Positions 45,329-54,340 of a stretch of DNA of 64,000 bases are shown here, one piece after another. The stretch comes from a virus (taxonomy: Duplodnaviria > Caudoviricetes), in the IMG/VR virus record IMGVR_UViG_3300037247_001786, positions 192,001-256,000 of that record; one strand, given 5' to 3'. The position numbers and the translations under genes were made by a program. Under the pieces are notes generated by a model, which saw only the letters and a list, made by a program, of their open reading frames with translations, made no database searches and was not told the origin of the DNA. Every line of letters starts with the position of its first letter. The stretch's first letter is position 1.

Positions 45329-46264
45329 ATGAAGAAGTTTGCTTTGATAGGAGCTGCTGGATATATAGCTCCGAGGCATATGGATGCCATAAAAAAGACT
45401 GATAATATATTAGTCGCTGCTATAGATAAGAACGATTCCGTTGGAATCATAGACTCTTATTTTCCAACCTCAAGTTTTTTTACCGAGTTCGAGAGATTCG
45501 ATAGGTATATCGAGAAGATGAATCTTACAGACCCCGTGGATTACGTTTCTATCTGTTCTCCTAACTATCTACATGACGCACATGTCAGATTTGGTTTGAG
45601 GGTAGGAGCGAATGTTATTTGTGAGAAGCCTTTAGTTATTAATCCTCGCAATTTAGATTCTTTGGAAAAGATAGAGGAGATGTCTGATGGTAACGTTAAT
45701 TGTATATTGCAACTAAGGCTAAGCGAGGCATTTAAACAGATAAAAGAAAAAGTAGATAATGCTGATGATATTCTAGATATTGATGTTACTTATATTACTT
45801 CAAGAGGACAATGGTACACTTATTCTTGGAAGGGGGATGACCAGAAGTCAGGTGGAGTCATTTACAATATTGGGATACATCTCATTGATATGCTATGTTA
45901 CGCATTAGGGGAACCAATCCAAAATATCGTTCATCTTAACGAGAGTCGTAAGTCTGCTGGGTATATGGAATTTAAAAAAGCTAGAGTTAGATGGTTTTTA
46001 TCAATTCAAAATAGCGATATTCCAGAAGATATTAAAGACAGTACTACATATCGTTCGATTACTATAAATGGAGAAGCTATAGATATGTCTTTCGGTTTCC
46101 AGGATTTGCATGTCAAGGCTTATAAAAAGATATTGGATGGAGAAGGATTTAGTATGTCAGATGCTAGAACGGCTTTACAAGTTGCTTATGATATTAAAAA
46201 TTCAACTCAAGTTGGAATTAAGGGCGATTATCATCCATTACTATTAGACTTAAAATTTAGATAA
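45329..46264 (+). CDS. wbpB: UDP-GlcNAcA 3-dehydrogenase, WbpB/WlbA-like (Gfo/Idh/MocA)
   Basis: FALIGAAGYIAPRH, FTEFERFD, SICSPNYLH, CEKP, NIGIH. Confidence 0.88.
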   Translation: MKKFALIGAAGYIAPRHMDAIKKTDNILVAAIDKNDSVGIIDSYFPTSSFFTEFERFDRYIEKMNLTDPVDYVSICSPNYLHDAHVRFGLRVGANVICEKPLVINPRNLDSLEKIEEMSDGNVNCILQLRLSEAFKQIKEKVDNADDILDIDVTYITSRGQWYTYSWKGDDQKSGGVIYNIGIHLIDMLCYALGEPIQNIVHLNESRKSAGYMEFKKARVRWFLSIQNSDIPEDIKDSTTYRSITINGEAIDMSFGFQDLHVKAYKKILDGEGFSMSDARTALQVAYDIKNSTQVGIKGDYHPLLLDLKFR

Positions 46265-46274
46265 GGGACATTTT

Positions 46275-47243
46275 ATGAATATTCTACTCACAGGCGTCGC
46301 AGGCTCGATAGGTTCATTTCTTTTGGATTCTCTTTTAGAGAGAGGGCATACCGTAGTTGGCATTGATAATTTAATATATGGGCGTATGGATAATATCAGC
46401 CACAATCTATCCAATGATAATTTTACCTTTATAGACGGAGATATAACAGAATATGATTTTTTTTCAATGGAACAAAAGTTTGATTGCATTTGCCATCTAG
46501 CGGCTTTAAAGAAAATAGGCAATATGTCAAATTGGAAGAGAACAGATTTAATCAGAAACAATTTTGCTATTCAGCGGTTGTTAAGATTAGCTGTAGAACA
46601 AGATTGTAAGTTTGTCTTCTCATCTACTTCTGATGTCTATGGAACATCAGAAGATTTACCTTTTAGAGAAGATGGAGATTTGAAAATTGGACCGTCTGAT
46701 GTAGAGAGGTGGGATTACGCCGCTTCAAAACTTTTCGATGAACACGTATGTTTTTCTTATGCCGATGATTACGATATCGATTTAGTTGTCATTCGATATT
46801 TTGGTGCTTATAGCGATAGATCTAAATGGCAGTACGGAGAGCATATACCGTTGTTTATCAAGAGGGCAATGGAAGGAGAAGAGATAACTGTTCATGGAGA
46901 TGGATTACATACCAGGAGCATGTGCCATATAGATGATGCGATAATAGGGACGATACAGTCTATTGAATTAGAATCCGCTAATGGACATATTATTAATATC
47001 GGTTCAAATGAAGAAATGACCATATTAGAACATGCTAAAACTATATGGAGAATTGTTAACGGAAATGAAGAGCCTAATATAAAATTTATTCCAATGAAAG
47101 AAGTTTTTGGTAAATATAGAGAGATACAAAGAAGAGTTCCTGACTTAACAAAAGCTAAAAAACTTTTGGATTATGAACCTAAAATTTTATTTGAAGATGG
47201 CATAGCAGATGTCGTTGCAAAGATTAGGAGAAAAAATGATTAA
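46275..47243 (+). CDS. NAD-dependent epimerase/dehydratase (extended SDR)
   Basis: TGVAGSIG, HLAA, SSTSDVYG, YAASK, RYFGAYS. Confidence 0.88.
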   Translation: MNILLTGVAGSIGSFLLDSLLERGHTVVGIDNLIYGRMDNISHNLSNDNFTFIDGDITEYDFFSMEQKFDCICHLAALKKIGNMSNWKRTDLIRNNFAIQRLLRLAVEQDCKFVFSSTSDVYGTSEDLPFREDGDLKIGPSDVERWDYAASKLFDEHVCFSYADDYDIDLVVIRYFGAYSDRSKWQYGEHIPLFIKRAMEGEEITVHGDGLHTRSMCHIDDAIIGTIQSIELESANGHIINIGSNEEMTILEHAKTIWRIVNGNEEPNIKFIPMKEVFGKYREIQRRVPDLTKAKKLLDYEPKILFEDGIADVVAKIRRKND

Positions 47244-48882
47244 CGGTAAAAAAGTTTTAGCCATTACTTTAGCCAGAGGCGGCTCTACGAAAATAAAAAA
47301 GAAAAATATCGTAGACATTAATGGAAAACCGTTGTTGCAATACACAACTGATGAGGTTAAGAAAAGCAAGTATATAGACAATTATGCTGTTTCGACTGAT
47401 GATAAAGAAATAGCTCATGTCTGTACGGAAATGGACGTTCCTTATTATTGGCGTAATAATGAAAATGCAACAGACATAGCTAAGTCTTCCGATGCGTTGA
47501 TTGAGGTAGTAAATTATTTCGGCGGCAAGTATGATTATATCGTAGAAGTTATGTGTACTAACCCTTTAAAAACCGTTGAAGACATAGACGGATGTATAGA
47601 GAGAATAGAAGAGGCAGGAGGAGATTCAGTAGTTTCTGTTGTTAGAATATACGACCATCATCCAGCAAGATTAAAATATCTTGATGAACATAATGTCATG
47701 CAGGACTTTGTACCTGAAATTTTAGAGAGCAGAAGGCAAGACTTAACGCCTCCAGCGTATATCAGAAATGGCTCTATCTATGTAATGACTAAAAATTTTC
47801 TACTGACAGAAAAAAGTAGATACAATAAATCAAGTCAGGCTTACATAATGTCAGAGGATAACACTATTAATATTGACGAGAAGAGAGACTTGCTAATTGC
47901 CAAGTATATACTTCAAGAGAGGAACGGATTGAAAGTTCTATGCATTACACCTGTGTCCCACATCGAGGGACTAGTAGACATGCTTGAGCAATGCGGAGAT
48001 GTGACCTATAAGGTTGATATCGACAGGCAGGGGGCAAGAGATAGCCTATTAAGGGACAAGTATAATGTTATCTATACGAATCCTAACAAGATGACGTTTA
48101 GGATAGATGAAGAGTTATTAAAAGGGACTTCTGTAGAAATAGTTTGCACGGCATCTACTGGGACTAATCATATAGATATGAATTATTGTGAGAAAAATAA
48201 TATTGAAGTTATTTCACTTACAGTCGATTATGAAATAATCGAAAAAATAACGTCTACCGCTGAGATGGCTTTTACACTAATGTTATCTCTTATCAGGAAC
48301 CTTCCAAAAGCGGTGGATGGAGTTAAGAAATATGATTGGAATTATGAGAACTATATAGGGCGACAGCTAAATTGTTTAGATGTAGGAATTATTGGATACG
48401 GAAGGCTCGGCAAACATTATGCTAGATTCTGTGAGCCATTTTTTAGAAATATATTTATCACTGACCCTTATAAAAAAGTAGACGATAAGTATTATCAGAC
48501 TGATTTCGACCATTTACTAAAAGAATCAGATGTGGTTGTCTTGCATGTTCATTTGAATGATGATACTTATCATATGATTAACGAAACGACTATAAGTAAA
48601 ATGAAAAATGGTGCTTATTTGGTTAATACGTCAAGAGGAGACATTGTTGATGAAGAGGCTGTTATTGATGCTATTAAATCTGGCAAGCTAAAAGGGTACG
48701 CAACCGATGTAATTTCCGATGAACTATGTGAAGGCTTGGAAAACAGTAGTTTAATAAAGGCTATGAAAGAAGGGCATAATATTATAATTAGCCCTCATAT
48801 TGCTGGCATGACGAAAGAAGCACAAGAATTAGCTTATCGTAGGGTTGCCACAAGGTTATTGGAGAAAATAAATGAAAAATAA
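47236..48882 (+). CDS. neuA: CMP-nonulosonate synthetase (NeuA) fused to a D-2-hydroxyacid dehydrogenase
   Basis: ARGGS.KIKKKN, VSTDD, RNGSIY, INIDE; then ASTGTNHID, IGYGRLG, LVNTSRG, ATDV, SPHIAG. Confidence 0.88.
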   Translation: MINGKKVLAITLARGGSTKIKKKNIVDINGKPLLQYTTDEVKKSKYIDNYAVSTDDKEIAHVCTEMDVPYYWRNNENATDIAKSSDALIEVVNYFGGKYDYIVEVMCTNPLKTVEDIDGCIERIEEAGGDSVVSVVRIYDHHPARLKYLDEHNVMQDFVPEILESRRQDLTPPAYIRNGSIYVMTKNFLLTEKSRYNKSSQAYIMSEDNTINIDEKRDLLIAKYILQERNGLKVLCITPVSHIEGLVDMLEQCGDVTYKVDIDRQGARDSLLRDKYNVIYTNPNKMTFRIDEELLKGTSVEIVCTASTGTNHIDMNYCEKNNIEVISLTVDYEIIEKITSTAEMAFTLMLSLIRNLPKAVDGVKKYDWNYENYIGRQLNCLDVGIIGYGRLGKHYARFCEPFFRNIFITDPYKKVDDKYYQTDFDHLLKESDVVVLHVHLNDDTYHMINETTISKMKNGAYLVNTSRGDIVDEEAVIDAIKSGKLKGYATDVISDELCEGLENSSLIKAMKEGHNIIISPHIAGMTKEAQELAYRRVATRLLEKINEK

Positions 48883-49636
48883 TATTTTATTTTGTTCGGC
48901 GACTGCCAATGACAGATTTGAAGAAGCTTTATGCATGTTTACTACGATAAAAGATATTTATCCTGAAGCGAAGTGTCATTTTGATGCCATCTTTTTTACA
49001 GACGAACAGGTTAAATACTTTGAAGATTTAGGGGTTATCGTTAAAAGGTTTGATACTAAAGAAGATTTGCCTCTGTTATTCAGTGGAACTAAGGATGCTC
49101 GAAGGTCCATAAGTCAGAAAGAAATGGAGACTATAGGTTATAGGGCTAATACGGAATGGAATTTGATGTATGCCTCTTGGAGGTTATATATGTTGCCTAG
49201 AATTATGAAGGAATATGACGCTCCAATTATGTGGTTAGATACAGACTGTATGGTCAGAAAAAATATAGATGAATTTTTAAATAAATCTTTGAATTATGAT
49301 TTTTCTGTCAATTTAAGAAATAAATTAGAAGAGAGAAGGCAATTATTGTCAGCAGTCTTTGTCGTGAATAATACCCCTAAAGGGAAAAAATGTCTTGAGT
49401 TAATGCCTCAAATATATCTAGAGCTTTTTGAAAAAGCTATATGGTGGGCCGACCCCTGGAGTATTAATGCATCAAGAATAAGAAGCAAATGTGAAACTTG
49501 GAATTTTAGTTATGGAAAATATGCTGATAATTTTCTTAGGGGGAAATCCTCTATTTGGCACGCGAAGGCGGCGGGAGTGACAAAAAAAGTTTGGATTAAT
49601 GAAACAAAAAGATTTTTAAAAAGATATAAATTATAG
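48872..49636 (+). CDS. Nucleotide-diphospho-sugar transferase-like glycosyltransferase
   Basis: RLYMLP, WLDTDCMVR, WHAK. Confidence 0.6.
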   Translation: MKNNILFCSATANDRFEEALCMFTTIKDIYPEAKCHFDAIFFTDEQVKYFEDLGVIVKRFDTKEDLPLLFSGTKDARRSISQKEMETIGYRANTEWNLMYASWRLYMLPRIMKEYDAPIMWLDTDCMVRKNIDEFLNKSLNYDFSVNLRNKLEERRQLLSAVFVVNNTPKGKKCLELMPQIYLELFEKAIWWADPWSINASRIRSKCETWNFSYGKYADNFLRGKSSIWHAKAAGVTKKVWINETKRFLKRYKL

Positions 49637-49647
49637 GAGATTATAGT

Positions 49648-50436
49648 ATGGCAAAATTAATTGCAGAATTAGGATGGAATCACATGGGCGATATTTCAAT
49701 TGGTAAAGAAATGATATCCGCTGCTAAAGAGGCTGGAGCAGATTATGCAAAGTTTCAAACTTGGAAAGTCGAAAGGCTTATTGATGGTCCTTGGGATCAT
49801 GATGGTCGCCGACAAATTTACGAAAAAGCTGAATTAACAAGAGAGAAGCATCAAATTTTTAAAGACTATTGCGATTCAATTGGGATTAAGTTTTTAACTT
49901 CATGTTTTTGTATTAAAGATTTAGATATGGTTAGAGAGTTCTGCGACGAGGTTAAGATACCTAGTCCGGAAGGGTATAGCACAGATCTAATTAGTCAAGC
50001 TATTAAAAAGTTTGACCATGTTTATCTGTCAACAGGAGCTTCTTATGTAGATGAGTATATCCATCGATGGACATATGAGAATCTAACTTTATTGCATTGC
50101 GTTTCTTCTTATCCTTGTAGTATAGAAAATATAAATCTACCTAAATTAAAATTTTTACAAAGCGTCAGCCCTAGAGTGGGATATAGCGGTCATTATCAAG
50201 GGACATATGATGCCATAGCCGCTATTAGTTTAGGAGCTACTGTTATCGAGAAACATTTTACTATTGACCACGATTTGCCAGGTAGGGATAACAAATTCGC
50301 GTTATTGCCTGATCAATTTAAAGAAATTAGCGATTTTAATAAAGTTTTTTCTAGCATGGATATGAATAGGGGTTTGGGTATTCAAGATTGCGAAAATGAT
50401 TATAGAACTTATCAAAAAGGAAGATGGGGGGTATAG
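49648..50436 (+). CDS. neuB: Nonulosonic acid synthase (NeuB family), short form
   Basis: IAELGWNHMG, GADYAKFQ, LSTG, LLHCVSSYP, GYSGH, IEKHFT, DNKFAL. Confidence 0.92.
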   Translation: MAKLIAELGWNHMGDISIGKEMISAAKEAGADYAKFQTWKVERLIDGPWDHDGRRQIYEKAELTREKHQIFKDYCDSIGIKFLTSCFCIKDLDMVREFCDEVKIPSPEGYSTDLISQAIKKFDHVYLSTGASYVDEYIHRWTYENLTLLHCVSSYPCSIENINLPKLKFLQSVSPRVGYSGHYQGTYDAIAAISLGATVIEKHFTIDHDLPGRDNKFALLPDQFKEISDFNKVFSSMDMNRGLGIQDCENDYRTYQKGRWGV

Positions 50437-51323
50437 TGAATAAGATTTATATATCAGCTTTGTCTCGCGGAGGCTCTAATGTTATTGCGGCATTACTTCA
50501 TAACCATGAAGAGTTATATACTGTTGCTAGAAGAGATTGGAGTCAATTCAGGAATAAGGGTTCGATTAATATTCCTAAACTTTCGGAGCATTTGTCTAAA
50601 ACTAAGAAGTCTATATATTATCGAGGAGGCTTTCAGAAAGACTTATCTAAAGTAAAATATTTTGTTTTTGACAAGTACCTTGAAAAGGATTTTGATTTTA
50701 AATGCCCAGAAAAAGACTTAGTTTTGACTGTCGTCAGAAATCCTTTTGCTATCGTAAATTCGATGGATAATTTCGGAAAGAAATATGATTTTAAGGCTTG
50801 GAGACAGAATAAGAAGACCATAAATAAGATTATAGGATTTCGTTTTGTAGAGATGATTAAGAATTGCAGGGGGAGGAATAAAATAACTATACAATTTGAA
50901 GATTTGATTAAGGACTACAATAAGGTTCTTGCTGATGTTCATACTGGTATAGGGGTTCCTTATATCCCCCACACATCGTTCGAAGAAGTCTTTGCGAACA
51001 ATGGTTGTATATATTGCGGTGGGAAGTTTAAAGTAGAGGAGACGGATTGCTCAGATGCTTCAACCGTTCTTGTGGAAAGGAATCTAAAATTTGCACCGAG
51101 ACTTCATTTTTGTTGTGAAAATGATAATGCTTTTACTTTAGGGTATGGAGGGTTTAATCCCTGTCAAGAGATATCTGAGCCTAAAGGTTGGAGAGATAGC
51201 ATGACTGAGAGTAATTACGAATGCGTCTATTCTCATATTTCCGACAAACTAGGAGAGGATATCGCTAAGAAATTTTCGGATAATAATGTTACACTGAATG
51301 ATATATTAAACATAGAGGTCTAA
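50424..51323 (+). CDS. Sulfotransferase-like protein
   Basis: SRGGSNVIAALL (5'-PSB-like), VVRNPF, IQFEDL. Confidence 0.55.
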   Translation: MGGIVNKIYISALSRGGSNVIAALLHNHEELYTVARRDWSQFRNKGSINIPKLSEHLSKTKKSIYYRGGFQKDLSKVKYFVFDKYLEKDFDFKCPEKDLVLTVVRNPFAIVNSMDNFGKKYDFKAWRQNKKTINKIIGFRFVEMIKNCRGRNKITIQFEDLIKDYNKVLADVHTGIGVPYIPHTSFEEVFANNGCIYCGGKFKVEETDCSDASTVLVERNLKFAPRLHFCCENDNAFTLGYGGFNPCQEISEPKGWRDSMTESNYECVYSHISDKLGEDIAKKFSDNNVTLNDILNIEV

Positions 51324-51331
51324 GAACTTTA

Positions 51332-51973
51332 ATGAATATTTCTGTTATAATAAGATGTCGAAACGAAGAGAGGTGGATTGGGCATTCTATACAATCCGTT
51401 TTAGATTTTATAGAAGACCCTGAGATTATTATTATTAATAACAACTCTAATGACGATTCTATGGACATAGTTAGAGGTTTTGAGACATGGAACAATATTA
51501 AGAAAATAAATGTTGAAGATTATTCTCCTGGCAAGTCTATTAATGAAGGGGTTAAGTTAGCGTCGAATGATTATGTTTTAGTGTTCTCTGCTCATTGCTG
51601 TTTCATTGATTGTGATATAGAGATTGCGAAAAAAGAATTAGAAGCTGGCTACGTTTCTGTTTTTGGAAAACAGGTACCTAAGTATTTGGGTAGGCGTATT
51701 AGTTACAGAAATATCTGGAGTCATTTCGTTGACGAGGACGTTGTCAACATGTGGTCAGACTTAGAGGATAGATATTTTATGCATAATGCCATGTGTTTCT
51801 ACAAAAGAGATTTTCTACTTGAGCATCCTTTTGATGAACATTTATATGGAAAAGAAGATAGGTATTGGGTAAATGATATGGTGAAAGCGGGAGAAAAGTT
51901 TTTATATACTTCTAGAATAAAATGTGATCATCATTGGACTACATTAGGGGCTACCTGGAAAGGAATAGGTTGA
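51332..51973 (+). CDS. GT2-family glycosyltransferase
   Basis: SVIIRCRNEE, NNSNDDS, FSAHC, EDRYW. Confidence 0.85.
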   Translation: MNISVIIRCRNEERWIGHSIQSVLDFIEDPEIIIINNNSNDDSMDIVRGFETWNNIKKINVEDYSPGKSINEGVKLASNDYVLVFSAHCCFIDCDIEIAKKELEAGYVSVFGKQVPKYLGRRISYRNIWSHFVDEDVVNMWSDLEDRYFMHNAMCFYKRDFLLEHPFDEHLYGKEDRYWVNDMVKAGEKFLYTSRIKCDHHWTTLGATWKGIG

Positions 51974-51980
51974 AATACTA

Positions 51981-52694
51981 ATGATAGAGGATTATGAAAT
52001 TATTGACCATATCGGAGGAGGTAAAGATGGAAAGGTCTATATCGCAAAATTTTGTGATAAAAAGTTTATTTTAAAACAACTAACAAGCTACTCTAAATCT
52101 TTTCTTTTTATGACAAGATACTATATAGATGCAGGGGTAGAATCCCCTCATCTCTATAAATTAAATTTGATTGATAAAAATTATTGGGTGTACGCTTATG
52201 AATCTTTAAAAAATGTTGATTCGTTAGATGTGGGCATATTGTATCAGATATGCGAGGCACAAAAACACTTAATTCCTCATAATTTGGTGATGTGGGATTT
52301 CGGAATTAATCATAAAAATTATATGATTAACGAAAATGGGGTTTTAAAATGGATCGACTATGGAGGCAATAATTTTTTATATATAAAAAAACCTGCAGGG
52401 AAAAAGATAATATTTCCTGGAAATAATAGAAATTTAATTATAGCTAAAAATGATTTTATTCAAATGCAGTTGTTATTTCATATATGTCTGTACAAATATG
52501 GGTTTAAAAAATATGCCAAATATTCAATACTTATAAAAAAAACAAAAGAACCTTTAGAAAAAATTAAACAAAGAATTTCGTCGGAGTTAAAAGATTCAGA
52601 AGCTTTTATCTGGGTGGATAAAATATTTCGAGAAAATTTACTTTCAGTATCGGGTTGGTTAAACTTGCAAAAGGAAATTAAATTATGCATATAG
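51981..52694 (+). CDS. Protein-kinase-like phosphotransferase
   Basis: IGGGKDGKVY Gly loop, LKQ, WDFGINHKNYM, WIDYG. Confidence 0.65.
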   Translation: MIEDYEIIDHIGGGKDGKVYIAKFCDKKFILKQLTSYSKSFLFMTRYYIDAGVESPHLYKLNLIDKNYWVYAYESLKNVDSLDVGILYQICEAQKHLIPHNLVMWDFGINHKNYMINENGVLKWIDYGGNNFLYIKKPAGKKIIFPGNNRNLIIAKNDFIQMQLLFHICLYKYGFKKYAKYSILIKKTKEPLEKIKQRISSELKDSEAFIWVDKIFRENLLSVSGWLNLQKEIKLCI

Positions 52695-53374
52695 AAGAGA
52701 ACGGAGCGGATATAGATTCCGTTAATTATTTTAATGATAAGGTGGAGGTTAGAGGATATCAGAATTTTGATATTACGAAAGATGATATATCTGTACTAGA
52801 TAATAAAAGAAAATGGACTGTTACCTATGATAAATTTAATATTGTTAATTCTGCTATGAGTAGATTGGGAAATGATGTTAAGTCGTATATAGATATCGGT
52901 TCTAATCTCGGATTATATGTTTTTTTGGCAAGGATAAAATACGGATTAGTCTCTGTTGGTGTCGATTATAATTATGAATATATAGATGTCTGTGAAAAGA
53001 TTAATGATAAGTTCGGTTTCGGATGCGATTTTAATGTTAATTCTTTTAAGGAATTAGACATTAGGTATGATTGTGTTTCGTTGTTGGGGACTATCCATCA
53101 TTTGTACCATAGAACAGAAAGATTTGGCGAGCTAGGCCCTATTGTTAAGAAGATCGCCGATATTACTAAAAGATATTTAATTATTGAGTTCCCAACTATT
53201 AAAGATTCTAAGGCAAAAAAATGGGTAAATATGAAACATAGAGTAAAAAAAGAAGAATATAATTTAAATAATTTTATGAAGTATTGTGAGGAATATTTTA
53301 TAAATATAGAAAAACTTGGGGGAGTTATTCCTCAACGACCAATATTTTTAATGGAGAGAAAACCTAATGGGTAA
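52685..53374 (+). CDS. Class I SAM-dependent methyltransferase
   Basis: YIDIGSNLG, VGVD, YDCVSLLGTIHH, LIIE. Confidence 0.8.
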   Translation: MHIEENGADIDSVNYFNDKVEVRGYQNFDITKDDISVLDNKRKWTVTYDKFNIVNSAMSRLGNDVKSYIDIGSNLGLYVFLARIKYGLVSVGVDYNYEYIDVCEKINDKFGFGCDFNVNSFKELDIRYDCVSLLGTIHHLYHRTERFGELGPIVKKIADITKRYLIIEFPTIKDSKAKKWVNMKHRVKKEEYNLNNFMKYCEEYFINIEKLGGVIPQRPIFLMERKPNG

Positions 53375-54338
53375 AACAGCATTGATAACAGGGATAAGTG
53401 GAATGGATGGAAGTCATTTATCAGATCTGCTATTAAGTAAAGGTTACGAGGTGTTCGGATTAGAAAGGAGGCTTTCAAAAAAAAACAGAACAAATCTGTC
53501 TCATGTAGAAAAGGATATAAATTTTTTATGTGGAGATATGACCGACCAGAATTCGCTTATAAGAGCCTTAAGGGATAGCGACCCAGATGAGGTTTATAAC
53601 TTAGCTGCACAGTCATTTGTAGGAGATAGTTGGAATATCCCGATACAAACATCAGATGTTACAGGTTTAGGCGTTCTAAGGATGCTCGAAGCCATTAGAG
53701 AATATGGTAAAGATATTAAATTCTACCAAGCTAGTTCCTCTGAAATGTTTGGTCGGATGAAAGATACTATTGCTAATGAAGAAACCGTTTTTTACCCTAG
53801 AAGTCCGTATGGGGTATCCAAATTGTATGGGCATTGGATAACCAAGAATTACAGAGAATCTTATAAGATGTTTAATTGTTCTGGTATATTATTTAATCAT
53901 GAATCTGAGAGAAGGGGATTAGAATTCGTAACTAGAAAAATTACTAATGGAATTGCTTTGATAAAATGCGGAAAAGCTGATAAGATATATCTCGGCAACT
54001 TAGAGGCAAAAAGAGACTGGGGATATGCCCCTGATTATGTAGAGGCTATGTGGTTGATGCTGCAGCAAAAAAAACCAGATGATTATGTCGTGGCTACTGG
54101 AAAATCTTTCTCTATCAAATACTTTTTACGAGAAGCTTTTAGTGTGGTAGGGATAACCGATTGGGAGGATTACGTTGGCATAGATGAAAGATTTATGCGT
54201 CCAGCGGAAGTAGATTGTTTAAGAGGAGACTATAGTAAGGCTAAAGAAAAATTAGGTTGGGAACCAAAAGTTAGTTTCAAGAAAATGGTCGAAATGATGG
54301 TTAAAAACGATGTCCTAATTGTTGAAAATAGGAGATAA
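53367..54338 (+). CDS. gmd: GDP-mannose 4,6-dehydratase
   Basis: ALITGISGMDGSHL, YNLAAQSFV, YQASSSEMFG, PRSPYGVSK, NHESERRG, RDWGYA. Confidence 0.95.
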   Translation: MGKTALITGISGMDGSHLSDLLLSKGYEVFGLERRLSKKNRTNLSHVEKDINFLCGDMTDQNSLIRALRDSDPDEVYNLAAQSFVGDSWNIPIQTSDVTGLGVLRMLEAIREYGKDIKFYQASSSEMFGRMKDTIANEETVFYPRSPYGVSKLYGHWITKNYRESYKMFNCSGILFNHESERRGLEFVTRKITNGIALIKCGKADKIYLGNLEAKRDWGYAPDYVEAMWLMLQQKKPDDYVVATGKSFSIKYFLREAFSVVGITDWEDYVGIDERFMRPAEVDCLRGDYSKAKEKLGWEPKVSFKKMVEMMVKNDVLIVENRR

Positions 54339-54340
54339 TT

